Source: a virus. From it: a stretch of 64,000 bases of DNA. Positions 8,211 to 18,692 of the stretch are shown here, piece by piece (within the stretch, counting starts at the first letter, position 1; each line of letters starts with the position of its first letter). A program made the translations under genes and the position numbers. The stretch lies in IMG/VR virus record IMGVR_UViG_2887836811_000001, positions 19,490-83,489 of that record. One strand, written 5' to 3'. The notes under the pieces were generated by a model that saw only the letters and a list, made by a program, of their open reading frames with translations, was not told the origin of the DNA and did not search any database.

Positions 8211-11200
8211 ATGCAGGATCTACGTCTCGGCGGCACCGCCGACTTCTCCCAGCTGTTCGACCAGCTCGACGCCGTTGAGCAGCGCCTCACCGATCTGAGC
8301 AAGGTCGGTGTCGTCATCAAGCCTCGCCTGGACCTCGGCACGCAGCTCAAGGACCTGGACGCCTATGCTGCGCGACTGAAGGACCTGGGGGTCACCCCGA
8401 CGGCCCGTGCCCCGCGCGCTCCCGCTCAGGCCCCAGCGGCACCCACTCAGGCGAATGCGCCCGTCGGCCCGACCTCCCAGGACGTCCAGCGGGCGGCCGA
8501 ACTGAAGCAGCGCCTCGTGGAGATCCACAACACGGCCGCCATCCTCCGCAACGACTTCATCGCCGCCGGCACCGCGACGAACGTGACCGACGAGGAGGTC
8601 GCGCAACTACAGGGGCGCATCGAGGCCCTGCAGCGTGAGCTACGTGACGTGCGCCCCATCGCTGAACAGACCTTTGGGGTCGCCAGCCGCGAGGTGAAAA
8701 ACCTGACCCTGACGTCCGCGCAGCTCCAGCGCACGCTGGCCGGCGCGACCGGGCAGATGAGCCGCCTGGGCATCGCCAGCCAGTTCAAGCTGGCCCTGGA
8801 TCAATCCAGCCTGTTCCAGAACCCGCAGGGGAACGTGAACGGCATCGTGCAGCTCGTGCGCGGGTACGAGCAGGCCCGCCTGAGCAGCCAGTCGTTCCAG
8901 AAGACCATCCAGCGTCAGAATCAGGACCTCGCCACCGCTGAGACGTTCGTGCAGAAGTTCGCCGACCGGTTCAACGTCGTGCCCTCGGCGGTCGAGGCGA
9001 CCATCAAGGTCCTGCTGAACAACGGATACACGCTGAAGCAGGCGCAGGAGACCCTGGAACTGTACGGCGCCAGTGCCCTGGTCGCCGCGAAGGACGTGAA
9101 CGGCGCCGTGGACGCCCTGGCGAGTGACGTGCAGCTGGGCACGACCGTCCTCAGCAACCAGTACGGCATCACGGCCAACCAGGCGACCGCGTGGCAGCAG
9201 TACGCCAAGAGCATCGGGGTCGCTGCTGACGCGCTGACTGCCGAGCAGAAGGCCGAGGGGTTCCTCGTGCAACTGCGCAAGGAAGCGACCAACGACCTGC
9301 GCGAGGCCGACACCATCCTTGCCGGGGTGGGCGGCAACCTGGGCGAAGCCAGCCAGGAATACCGCCGGGCCCAGCAGGCCCTGGGCGAGGCGCTGCTGCC
9401 AGCTGTGACCAACGGGGCGAAGCAGCTCACGAAGTTCCTCGAGGCCTTCAACGAGCTCGACAAGCCCGTGAAGGACAGCATCGCCAACATCGTCGTGTGG
9501 GGCACCGTGATCGCCGGGGCCCGCATCGTCCTGAGCCCCTTGATCAGCCTCCTGCGCGGGGGCGTGGGGGTATTCGGGAAGATCGGCGAACTGGCTGGCA
9601 AGAAGGGCGCAGCGGGTGCCATCAACGTTCTCGACGACGCCGCGGCTGCCGCTGCGCCGAAGGCTGCCCAGCTCGGGAAGGGCCTCAAGGACATCAGCGA
9701 GATCAGCAAACAGCCCGGTCTCTGGACGAAGATCACGCAGGGCGCCAAAGGCGTCATCGGGCCCCTGACCAACGGGGCAGCTGCCCTGGGTCGGTTCGTG
9801 ACCAGCCTCGCCGCCAGCCCTGCCACCAAGGGGGGCCTCTACGGGATCGTGCTGGCCCTGGGGTACGGCGTGGGCACGCTCATCCAGAGGATCAAGACCC
9901 TGAACGGCCTGACCATCGGGGAGAACGTCCAGAACTTCAGCCTCAAGGCGTTCAGTGGATATTCGCAGGGGCAGGTGAACGACCTGCGGATCGAGCAGGC
10001 CCGGAACGAGGCCTTCAATAAGGTCACCCGGGAGCAGGCCGACGCGCTGGCGAAGGCCCGCGAAGAGAAGGACAAGGACCTGCGGGCCAGCAAGCTCCGC
10101 ACCCTCCAGATCGAGAAGGATCTGGTCGTCGAGCAGGCCGCGCTGGGCCGGGCGAGAAGTGTGGGGGACAGCGGCGCGGCACTGGTCATCCAGGACCGCA
10201 TCAAGAACCTCACGACCGCGCTGGGCCTGGAGCGGCAGAACCGTGCCGTGATCGACGCGAACATCCTCCAGCAGCAGCGGTTGCAGGACCTTGAAGTCAA
10301 GCGCAAGCCCGTGTTGGATGCCCTGAAAAAGCAGCAGGAGGAGCTCGCAAAACAGAGCGAGACCATCCGCATCGAGGCCAAGAGCGACTTCGCACAGGAC
10401 ATCGGCAAGATCGCGCAGGATTTCCGCGCGGCCCGCCGGAAGCTGGAGAACCAGCTCAAGAACGAGAAGGACGTCGTCATCCGGGCCGAGATTCAGACGA
10501 CCATCGACAAGCTCGACGCCACTGAGCAGCGCGCCATCCTCAGCCGCACGGCGGAGCAGATCAGAGGTGGGCAGGGCGAGGTGGCCGCCGCGCAGCGGGC
10601 CGTGGAGGACGCCCGCGTCGCCGCCATGAAGGATGGTGCCGGGAAGCGCCAGGCCGGACTGAACAATGAACTGAAGTCCATCCGGGACGAGTACGGCCCG
10701 AAGATCAAGGAGGCCCTGGAGAACGCCACACTGGTCAAGGGGCCGGATCGGAAGGCGTTCCAGCAGCAGGCCGGGAGTCTGCAACGCCTCCAGGCTGAGG
10801 CGGAGGCCATTGCCCGGCAGAACGCGGGGCGTGACCTCGAACGCATCCGGAAGGAGGAGAAGGACAAGGCGGACGAGCAGGTGCGGGCCGCGCAGGACGC
10901 CCAGGGGCGCGTGCTCCAGGCCCAGGCGCAGGCGGCAGAGGCCAGCGCCCAGATCATCGACACGCAGCGCCAGCGGCAGCTGGACGCTTACGGCACGACC
11001 GCCGACGCCCGCCTCCGGATCGAACGGCAGTTCCAGCAGGCCGACACGGCCGCCAAAACCCAGGCCGCCCGACTCCAGGCCAGTCAGGAGGCCACGCAGC
11101 TGCGCCGCACGTACGACGACCAGATGAAAGCCGCCCGGGACGCCGGAGCCCAGCGGGGCGCCCTGGAAGCGTCCGCCCGGCAGGAGTACCTCACCAACCT

Positions 11201-13616
11201 CAGCACCCTGGAACGCAATGCGGCCGACAAGGTGGCGGGCATCCAGATCGACGCGCAGAACCGCGTGCGCGACGCCCGCCTCGCCGTGCAGCAGGACGCG
11301 CTGGACCGCGAACTGAAGGGCATCAACACCGCCACCGGAGCCGAGCTCGCCGCCCTCCAGACGCGACTCAAGGCCCGGCGCGCGGCGGCCCTGGCCTCCG
11401 GGGACGCGCGGGGCGCCGAGCAGATCGACGCGGCGCTGAAGACCGTCGAGACCCTCAACACCGACCGCATCCTGACCCTGAAAAGCGGTATCCGGGACGC
11501 CGCCGAGGGCGCCAAGGACCTCCAGCAGCGCATCTCCGACGCCCTGCCCAAGACGGCCCTCGGCAAGGCCCGCAGCGACGCCGCCAGCCCGTTCAACAGC
11601 GTGATTGAGGCGGCCCAGAAGCGCATCGCCGACCTGAACAAGGCGTACGCCCAGGTCGGGGCGCCCACCCCCGCCCAGACGGCCCGGCTCCGCGCAGCCG
11701 TCGCAGAGCAGCAGGGCGTTATCCAGCGTGCCCAGGTGGAACGGAACCGTGCCGTCCTGACCGCCGAGCAGAACACCAACCGCGAACTCCTGGCCGGCCG
11801 CCGTGAGCAGACCCGAGCGGAGGCGGAACAGGCCCTCAAGTTGGCCCAGACGGACCAGCAGCGGCAGGATGCCCGCCTGCGCCTGCTGGGCATCGATCAG
11901 GCCCGCCTCGTGGAGGTGAACGCCGAACTGAACGCCCTGAAGGGCCGCACGAACGACGAGGCGCGCATCACCGCCCTGAAACAGGAGCAGCGCGACCTCC
12001 AGCTCAATCTCTCGCAGGCCACCCAGGAGGACCGTCAGGCCGCCGAGCAGCTCGCCGAGAGCCTGCTGGGCATCACCCGCGCCCAGGCCGACCTACTGGA
12101 CGCGCAGGCCCGCACGGACCAGGAGGTCATCACCGCCCGGCAGAACCGCGTGGGGCTGGCCGTGACCGAGTACCAGCGGGCGCAGGAACTCCTCACGACC
12201 GCCGAAGCGCAGGGCAAGAGCGATGCGGAACTGAATGCCCTGCGGGCCGCGCGCCTGGAAGCCGCCACACGTCTCCTCCAGGCCGAGCAGTCCCTCGCGG
12301 ACCTCGCCGGGCAGTTCGTGGACCGGGAACTTGCGGCGCAGCAGGCCCGCGCCCGCGCGCAGCTCCGGATCACCGGGGCCGCCGACGACGCCGTGACGGC
12401 TGCCCGTCTCGACCTCGGCATCACCGAGCAGCAACTCGCCGCCGATCAGGCCCGCCTGCGCGCGGCAGACCGGCTGGGTCTCAGCGATGAGCAGCGCGTC
12501 CAACTCTCCACCCGCATTCAGGAGGGGCTCGCCGCTCAGAAGGACGGGGAGGAGACCCTCCGCAAGGCGCAGGCGGACCGGCTCAAGCTCGCGCAGGGGC
12601 TCGCCAGGGCCGTCGAGGGACTCAACCTGGAGAGCGGCGCGCAGAGCACCGGCCTGGACGCCGCCGCCGCGCGCGTCGAACGGGCCCAGGCGGCCCTGGC
12701 CCGCACCCGGGGCGACGTGCAGGCCGCCCTCAAGCGGGTCACCGCCGGGCAGGGCCTCACCGACGACGACATCGGACACGTCAACGACCTCACTGGCGCC
12801 ATCCGCGAGCAGCGGGACGCCCTGAAGGAACTCGCGGACGAGTACGTCAAGGTCATCGAGAACATCGACAGCCTCTCCAGCGCCATCAGCGGCCTGAACG
12901 AAGTCATCACCCCCAAGACCAAGGCCGGCGGGCAGCCGTTCAGCGTGCAGCGCGAGGTGCAGGACCTCACCCGGCTCCAGCAGCGGCGCGCGCTGGCCCT
13001 CACCGCCCTGGAGCAGTCCCTCGCCACGGGCGACCCGCAGCAGATCACGCAGGCCCTCAACCGCGTGAGCGCCATCGAGAAGACCTACCGGGACGAGGTG
13101 GCCCGACTGAAGAAGGAGGGGTACAGCCCGTACCTGAACCTCGTGGATCAGCAGGCGGGCCGCGTGGCGTCCGGCGTGCAGGCCGCGCAGGGCGTGCTGG
13201 ACGACCTGCTGGCAAAGGGCGAGGACAACCTCAAGGCCGCCGACCAGCTCCAGAAGGACGCCCAAGCCGCCACGAACGACAGCGTGCCCCAGATCGCTGC
13301 CGACGCCCTGGCCCGCGCGCTCAACACCGGCTCCGAGCGGGTGGCCGATCAGATCCTCGCCAGCCTCACCGGTGGCGCCCGGATCGTCTCGGACAGTATC
13401 CAGCGGGCCCTGGGTGCCGCGCCCCCCAAGGTCGCTGCCCCCACCACGCCCCCTGTGCAGGCCGGGGACACCATCAACGCCACCTACACGATCAACTGGC
13501 AAGGCCAGGAGCTGCCCACCCCGCCCGACTACCGGGACATGTGGAACAAGCTGCTGCCGTTCGCGCAACGCTGGGCCGCTGACCAGGGCCGGAGGAACCC
13601 ATGCCCGCAACGCTGA
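8211..13616 (+). CDS. tape measure protein
   Basis: 1801 aa, Ala/Gln/Leu-rich helical sequence with central hydrophobic segments; synteny. Confidence 0.9.
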   Translation: MQDLRLGGTADFSQLFDQLDAVEQRLTDLSKVGVVIKPRLDLGTQLKDLDAYAARLKDLGVTPTARAPRAPAQAPAAPTQANAPVGPTSQDVQRAAELKQRLVEIHNTAAILRNDFIAAGTATNVTDEEVAQLQGRIEALQRELRDVRPIAEQTFGVASREVKNLTLTSAQLQRTLAGATGQMSRLGIASQFKLALDQSSLFQNPQGNVNGIVQLVRGYEQARLSSQSFQKTIQRQNQDLATAETFVQKFADRFNVVPSAVEATIKVLLNNGYTLKQAQETLELYGASALVAAKDVNGAVDALASDVQLGTTVLSNQYGITANQATAWQQYAKSIGVAADALTAEQKAEGFLVQLRKEATNDLREADTILAGVGGNLGEASQEYRRAQQALGEALLPAVTNGAKQLTKFLEAFNELDKPVKDSIANIVVWGTVIAGARIVLSPLISLLRGGVGVFGKIGELAGKKGAAGAINVLDDAAAAAAPKAAQLGKGLKDISEISKQPGLWTKITQGAKGVIGPLTNGAAALGRFVTSLAASPATKGGLYGIVLALGYGVGTLIQRIKTLNGLTIGENVQNFSLKAFSGYSQGQVNDLRIEQARNEAFNKVTREQADALAKAREEKDKDLRASKLRTLQIEKDLVVEQAALGRARSVGDSGAALVIQDRIKNLTTALGLERQNRAVIDANILQQQRLQDLEVKRKPVLDALKKQQEELAKQSETIRIEAKSDFAQDIGKIAQDFRAARRKLENQLKNEKDVVIRAEIQTTIDKLDATEQRAILSRTAEQIRGGQGEVAAAQRAVEDARVAAMKDGAGKRQAGLNNELKSIRDEYGPKIKEALENATLVKGPDRKAFQQQAGSLQRLQAEAEAIARQNAGRDLERIRKEEKDKADEQVRAAQDAQGRVLQAQAQAAEASAQIIDTQRQRQLDAYGTTADARLRIERQFQQADTAAKTQAARLQASQEATQLRRTYDDQMKAARDAGAQRGALEASARQEYLTNLSTLERNAADKVAGIQIDAQNRVRDARLAVQQDALDRELKGINTATGAELAALQTRLKARRAAALASGDARGAEQIDAALKTVETLNTDRILTLKSGIRDAAEGAKDLQQRISDALPKTALGKARSDAASPFNSVIEAAQKRIADLNKAYAQVGAPTPAQTARLRAAVAEQQGVIQRAQVERNRAVLTAEQNTNRELLAGRREQTRAEAEQALKLAQTDQQRQDARLRLLGIDQARLVEVNAELNALKGRTNDEARITALKQEQRDLQLNLSQATQEDRQAAEQLAESLLGITRAQADLLDAQARTDQEVITARQNRVGLAVTEYQRAQELLTTAEAQGKSDAELNALRAARLEAATRLLQAEQSLADLAGQFVDRELAAQQARARAQLRITGAADDAVTAARLDLGITEQQLAADQARLRAADRLGLSDEQRVQLSTRIQEGLAAQKDGEETLRKAQADRLKLAQGLARAVEGLNLESGAQSTGLDAAAARVERAQAALARTRGDVQAALKRVTAGQGLTDDDIGHVNDLTGAIREQRDALKELADEYVKVIENIDSLSSAISGLNEVITPKTKAGGQPFSVQREVQDLTRLQQRRALALTALEQSLATGDPQQITQALNRVSAIEKTYRDEVARLKKEGYSPYLNLVDQQAGRVASGVQAAQGVLDDLLAKGEDNLKAADQLQKDAQAATNDSVPQIAADALARALNTGSERVADQILASLTGGARIVSDSIQRALGAAPPKVAAPTTPPVQAGDTINATYTINWQGQELPTPPDYRDMWNKLLPFAQRWAADQGRRNPCPQR

Positions 13617-14023
13617 CCCCGCTCTACCCGCTCCGGCTGGAGATTCAGACCCCCCACGGGCTCGCCGTGCTGCCCGCCCCGCCTCCGACCGTCCTCCAGG
13701 CGCGGCACGCGGGCGGGCTGCAGCGCCGCTCCGCCATCACCGGGCGGGTGCTGCTGACCCTGCCGCAGAGCAGCGCTGACTGGACCCTCACCCTCGCCAT
13801 TCCCGAGCGGAACGGCGTGCTGCTGGACGTGGCCTACCCACTCCAGCAGTGCCGGGAGGGCGACCTCGTGACCATCACCGAGAACTACACCGACCGCACC
13901 CGCCTGCGCGTCTGGACGGCCCGCGTGACCGCCGAGGACAGCGGGGCGTGGATCGCAGGCAACCCGCTGGACGGTGACCGCTTCACGCTCCAGATGCAGT
14001 TCTTCAGCACTGGCCCCACCTGA
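13601..14023 (+). CDS. putative distal tail protein
   Basis: Directly after the TMP gene; GGAGG RBS. Confidence 0.5.
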   Translation: MPATLTPLYPLRLEIQTPHGLAVLPAPPPTVLQARHAGGLQRRSAITGRVLLTLPQSSADWTLTLAIPERNGVLLDVAYPLQQCREGDLVTITENYTDRTRLRVWTARVTAEDSGAWIAGNPLDGDRFTLQMQFFSTGPT

Positions 14024-14032
14024 GGTTCCCCC

Positions 14033-14368
14033 ATGAAACAGCTCACCATCCAGGACGCCGACGGGGCGCCCATCACGGCCTACTCGTTCGGGGAGGTGCC
14101 CGCCGGCCAGCTCGGCGCCCTCGCCATCGCCCTGCGCAACACCGGCGACGCGCCCCTCACCGGGGTCCGCGCGTGGATCGAGCAGGCCAGCACCAGCGAC
14201 GGCGAGCTGCGCGTGACCCTGGCGGGCGTGGCGATCACCGGCACGACCCGCGAGACGGCCACGCCCCTGCCGGACCTTGCGCCCGGCGCGGCCCACGAGG
14301 GGACGGCGCAGCACACGAGTCCCACGATTCCCGTCGATACCGGCACGCTGCGCGCGGCGGCCGTCTGA
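14033..14368 (+). CDS. small Ig-like tail protein
   Basis: FGEVPAG...LRNTGDAPL Ig-like (ASH/Abnormal spindle-type) motif; RBS present. Confidence 0.5.
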   Translation: MKQLTIQDADGAPITAYSFGEVPAGQLGALAIALRNTGDAPLTGVRAWIEQASTSDGELRVTLAGVAITGTTRETATPLPDLAPGAAHEGTAQHTSPTIPVDTGTLRAAAV

Positions 14369-14389
14369 CCCGCCTGAGGAGGTGACCGC

Positions 14390-16612
14390 ATGCCCCTGAT
14401 CCTGTCTGCCGCTGCCCCCGAGGGGCCAGAGGCCACCGCCCTGTTCGAAGCCCGCCAGCCGCCCTCGGTGTTCGCCCAGGCCACGTTCACGGCGCGCCAG
14501 CCGGTGCCGGTGGAGACGAGCGCCCTGTTCACGGCCCTCGCGCCGGTCGCCACGCCGAACGGTGCCAGTCCCCTGCTGACGTACGACGTGGACATCACCG
14601 GGCTGCCCGGCGAGGTGCTGGCCGCCACGTACGACCACACCGGCCCATACGAGGACCTGGAGGTCACCATCGCGGGCCTGTACCCGCTGGAGTCGCCGGA
14701 CGTGCTGGTGCAGCTCACGGGGTACGCGGACGGCGTGATCGTCGGCGAGCTCCCCACGCGCACCTTCCTCTCGCTGAGCCAGGAGCCGGAGACGGACGAG
14801 GCGGCCGGGACGACCACGTACCGCTACCGGACCTCCCTGGACGACATCCTGCGTGGGCTCAAGCTGCCGGAACTCGTGCCGTGGAAGCTCAACCCGAGCG
14901 CGAACCTCTGCGCGGAACGGCAGCGCCTGGGGGTCAGCGGGTTCGTGCAGCAGGTGTTCCGGATCCGCGTGGACCCCGCGTTCCTGCTGGAATCCGACCC
15001 CCTACGGAACAGCGAGTGGATCGAGGGGCTGATCGACGAGAGCACCCTGAACATCACCCCGCTCGACCTGTGGGGCAAAACATACGGCGCCCTGGGCATG
15101 GAGCTGCACGTCGAACCCCTGGGCGCGGGGGTGCGCCTCGTGGGCCGCTGGCCCCAGCCGGTCACCATGCAGAGCGGGCCCGAGATCCCCGCCGACGTCC
15201 GCCTGAGCAGCCAGCCGCGCTACCAGCGGTTCCAGACGCCGAAGCGGTTGACGGTGCGGGGCGCGCCCCACTGGACGCCACTCACACCGGCCGCGCTGCT
15301 CGACTGGATCGGGGCTCACCCGGACCGGCTGGCGCTCGAGCGGGAGATCATGCCGTCCTCTGAGTGGTTCGAGGCGCCCGAGCGCAGTGGCACCACGACC
15401 GTCCAGCGTGGCGCCCGGAAACTGAACGGCCAGCTGGTCGCGCAGATCGAGGTTACGACCGACGACGTGATCGCCACCGAGACCGTGGACGGGCAGACCC
15501 GCCTGCGCCTGTACCGCGGCGTCGCTACAGGCCTGAAAACGACCCGGACCACCTACGACCCTGACTGCCCTGCGCGGCCCACGTACCAGGAGACCGAGAG
15601 CCGCACCTGGGCCTACCAGCTCGACACCGAGACGGGCGTGCTCGCCCTGCCCGGCCCGGGCCTGAACACCACCGTCACCGTCGGCGCGGAGGTCGCCCGC
15701 GAGATCACCCGCACGACCTACACCTACAGCCCCCAGGGGTACCTCGCGGCGAAAACCACGTCCACCGAACGCACCGGCAGCCTGGAGCAGGTGAACGCGG
15801 AGAGCGCCCCTGGTGACCGTGGCGCTGTCACGGCCCGCGAGACGCTGCGGCAGAGTGTCACCGAACGCTGGGCGCCGGCGGGCGGCGGGCAGTGGGCCTA
15901 CGATCCCGGCACGAGCGGGCAGACGCTCCTGCCGCTGTACGACGCCCAGACGGGCGAGGCGATCCGCACGGTGGCCGTGACGCGCGCCACGCCGGACGCG
16001 CCGCGCCTCACCGATCAGGCACCGCCCTCCTACGACTGCCGCCCCTACTGCGAGGTGATCCGGGACGTGCTCGACGACACCGGGGTCACCCTGCACGCAG
16101 GGGAGGCCGGGCGGGCCGAGCCGCGAGAGATCAACGTGCCCATGCTGTCCGCCACCGACCTGTTGGGCGCGGCGCGGCAGGCCATGGCGAACACCTGGCA
16201 CCGCCGGGAGCGCACCCTCTCGGTCGCGTGGCCCGTCGGGTACACCCCAGGCACGTGGCTGAGTGACGGGCGCGTGCAGAGCCTGCGGATCACTGTCACG
16301 CCGTCCGAGGCGGGTCTGGAGGTCACCTCGGAGATCACCTGCATGGCCCTGCTCGCCGACTTCCTCGCCCCCGGGCAGGCAGGCGTCGAACCCTACCAGA
16401 CCGACCCGCAGCAGGGCCGCGCGATCATGCTGGCCCGCGCCGGCCAGGGCGCCCTGGCGCGCGTGGTGACTGGCTGGGACGCCGAGGCGGGCGAACCGCT
16501 CGTGGAGCACGCCCCCATCCGGTTCCGCTCCGGGTTTCCCCCCGCACCGGGGGATGAGCTGGAGTGGCAGCTGGTGCGCGGGGCCAGGGAGGCGACGAAT
16601 GCCCGACGATGA
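14390..16612 (+). CDS. tail tip/baseplate hub protein
   Basis: 740 aa, Thr-rich beta character; GGAGGTG RBS; synteny. Confidence 0.6.
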   Translation: MPLILSAAAPEGPEATALFEARQPPSVFAQATFTARQPVPVETSALFTALAPVATPNGASPLLTYDVDITGLPGEVLAATYDHTGPYEDLEVTIAGLYPLESPDVLVQLTGYADGVIVGELPTRTFLSLSQEPETDEAAGTTTYRYRTSLDDILRGLKLPELVPWKLNPSANLCAERQRLGVSGFVQQVFRIRVDPAFLLESDPLRNSEWIEGLIDESTLNITPLDLWGKTYGALGMELHVEPLGAGVRLVGRWPQPVTMQSGPEIPADVRLSSQPRYQRFQTPKRLTVRGAPHWTPLTPAALLDWIGAHPDRLALEREIMPSSEWFEAPERSGTTTVQRGARKLNGQLVAQIEVTTDDVIATETVDGQTRLRLYRGVATGLKTTRTTYDPDCPARPTYQETESRTWAYQLDTETGVLALPGPGLNTTVTVGAEVAREITRTTYTYSPQGYLAAKTTSTERTGSLEQVNAESAPGDRGAVTARETLRQSVTERWAPAGGGQWAYDPGTSGQTLLPLYDAQTGEAIRTVAVTRATPDAPRLTDQAPPSYDCRPYCEVIRDVLDDTGVTLHAGEAGRAEPREINVPMLSATDLLGAARQAMANTWHRRERTLSVAWPVGYTPGTWLSDGRVQSLRITVTPSEAGLEVTSEITCMALLADFLAPGQAGVEPYQTDPQQGRAIMLARAGQGALARVVTGWDAEAGEPLVEHAPIRFRSGFPPAPGDELEWQLVRGAREATNARR

Positions 16613-18692
16613 CCTCCTGAACATGCTGCTGGGCTGCGGGTGCGAGGCCCGCTGCTGCTGCGGGCAGTCCGCGCCCACCCCGGCCCCCCGGCCCAGCGGG
16701 CTATTCCAGCAGGCCGGGCGGAGTCAGGAGCCCCCCCGACTGCCGGACGAGAGTCCGTTCATCCCGCCTGTCCGCCTCGCCACGATGCACGCGCTGGACG
16801 CACTGCTGCTCAGCCCGCACACGCGCCCGCCTCTGCCGCATGCGCCAGTCTGGGACCGGGGCGACGGCGTGACAGGGCCGCTGTACCCGGACGTGCCGGC
16901 CGGGCAGGAGCACCCGCCCCGCGTGCTGCTGTCCACGCCCGGCGCCACCCCGCCGGGCACGCCCGAGTTGACGACCCTGGCGCACCTGCGGAACGCCGAC
17001 CGCGACCCGCTGCTGCCCTACGCGGCCGGGATCAAGGACGGGCGGGTGTACGTCCGCGTGCATGACCTGCCCGCCTGGGGCCACCACCTGCGGCGCGTGG
17101 ACGGCAGTGACTGGCCGGACGACGGCACGACCGTGTGGGTGTGGCAGCGCAGCCTCGCCGCGGACTACCGCGCCAACGAGCCGGACAGCATCGAGGTCAC
17201 CGCGCAGGAGATCGACCCGGACGTCCCGATCATCATTGCCGGGGAGCACGCCCAGGAGGACGGCCGCCTGCTGTACCAGACCCGGCAGGTCCGCCCGCAA
17301 CTCGCGGCCGGGCCGTGGCGGGACGTGTACGGCGCGACGCTCACCCCGCAGGGGGCCAGCGTCACCCGCGTGTACCTGGACGGCGAGGTGCAGGTCGAGG
17401 ACCGCGCCCTGGCGACCGTGGACGTGACGCTGCGCGTGCCGGACGTGACGCTCACCCGCACCCTGGCCTACAACCGCGTCGTGGACGGCGTGGGCGTGAG
17501 CAACGTCGGGTACGCGGCGGCCGTAGCGCTCACGAGCGGCCCCACCCCGCACCAGCGGGCCGGTGAGCCCGCCTACCTCGCGCAGGTGGGCCGGATCACG
17601 TGGAGCGACCCGGACCCCCGCCCGAGTTTCGCGCTGATCATCCAGGGGGGCGTGCCGTACGTGGAGGTCACGCGCCTGCCGGGGGCGCCGCCCAGCCTGG
17701 ACAAACTCTCGCCGCTGGCCGTGCCGGGCCGCAACGTCCGCGCCCGGTTCATTCCGGACGGGGACGGCCTGCCCCTGGCGGACGCGCGGGACGCCCCGCC
17801 GCAGGCGCTGCTCGCCGGCGCCGTGGTGTACGAGGGGCCGCTCGGGACGCTGCCCGCCCCGTGCAGTGGGCTCAGCGCGACGTGGGCCGGACTGGAGGTG
17901 CAGGCCGCCAGTCACTTCACGGCGGACGCCTGGGAGGACGCCACCTACCGCTGGGCCTGTCAGGTCACGGCGGACGCGGTGCACGTCGCCCGCACGCCCC
18001 TGCGCCCGCCGGACGGACAACCACCTGTCACCCGCCGCTGGACGTTCCCGGCCCCGGCAGAGCTGCCCGGGGGGACGCCCGTGCTGAGCTACACCTTCCT
18101 GCGTGAGGGGCAGGGCTGGCCCACCCGCGCGGGCCTGCTCGCCTGGGTGGACGGTGCGGGCGCCCTGACCCGCGTGTCCGTCCGGGTCCGCCGCGCCGGG
18201 GACGCTGCGCCCAGCACTCAGCCCGTCACGTTCGAGGTGTGGCCCGCGCTGCCCGCCCGCCCCGACCCGCGCGACGTGACCCTCACCCACGCGGGCACCC
18301 TCACCCCGCCGGACGCCGCCACGCTGAACGGCGCCCCCACGCCCCTCCTGACCCGCTGGCAGGAGGGCGCTCCAGGCGAACCCGGCGGTGAACGCCCGCA
18401 CCTGCCCACCGTCACCGGCGCCCTGACGCTGACCTGGGCAGACCCGACCGGCACGGGCCGCGCCCGACTCGCGTGCGTCACGCTCCTGACCACCCGCGCC
18501 GCCGCCGATGACCTGGGCGCGCGCCTGGCCCTCCCGCCGGGCTGGGCGGCCCGCGCCGATCCCGCCGGGGCGTACGTGCGGCTCACGCTCACGCCCGCCG
18601 CGCCCGCCCCGCTCACCCTGACCCTCGCCGCGTCGGCCCTGCCCGCCGGGCACCCCCGCGCCACCCTGGAGGCCACCCCTGATGAAAACTGA
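16599..18692 (+). CDS. tail tip-associated protein with N-terminal Cys cluster
   Basis: GGAGG RBS and ATG at 16599; GCGCEARCCCG near the N-terminus; synteny. Confidence 0.6.
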   Translation: MPDDDLLNMLLGCGCEARCCCGQSAPTPAPRPSGLFQQAGRSQEPPRLPDESPFIPPVRLATMHALDALLLSPHTRPPLPHAPVWDRGDGVTGPLYPDVPAGQEHPPRVLLSTPGATPPGTPELTTLAHLRNADRDPLLPYAAGIKDGRVYVRVHDLPAWGHHLRRVDGSDWPDDGTTVWVWQRSLAADYRANEPDSIEVTAQEIDPDVPIIIAGEHAQEDGRLLYQTRQVRPQLAAGPWRDVYGATLTPQGASVTRVYLDGEVQVEDRALATVDVTLRVPDVTLTRTLAYNRVVDGVGVSNVGYAAAVALTSGPTPHQRAGEPAYLAQVGRITWSDPDPRPSFALIIQGGVPYVEVTRLPGAPPSLDKLSPLAVPGRNVRARFIPDGDGLPLADARDAPPQALLAGAVVYEGPLGTLPAPCSGLSATWAGLEVQAASHFTADAWEDATYRWACQVTADAVHVARTPLRPPDGQPPVTRRWTFPAPAELPGGTPVLSYTFLREGQGWPTRAGLLAWVDGAGALTRVSVRVRRAGDAAPSTQPVTFEVWPALPARPDPRDVTLTHAGTLTPPDAATLNGAPTPLLTRWQEGAPGEPGGERPHLPTVTGALTLTWADPTGTGRARLACVTLLTTRAAADDLGARLALPPGWAARADPAGAYVRLTLTPAAPAPLTLTLAASALPAGHPRATLEATPDEN

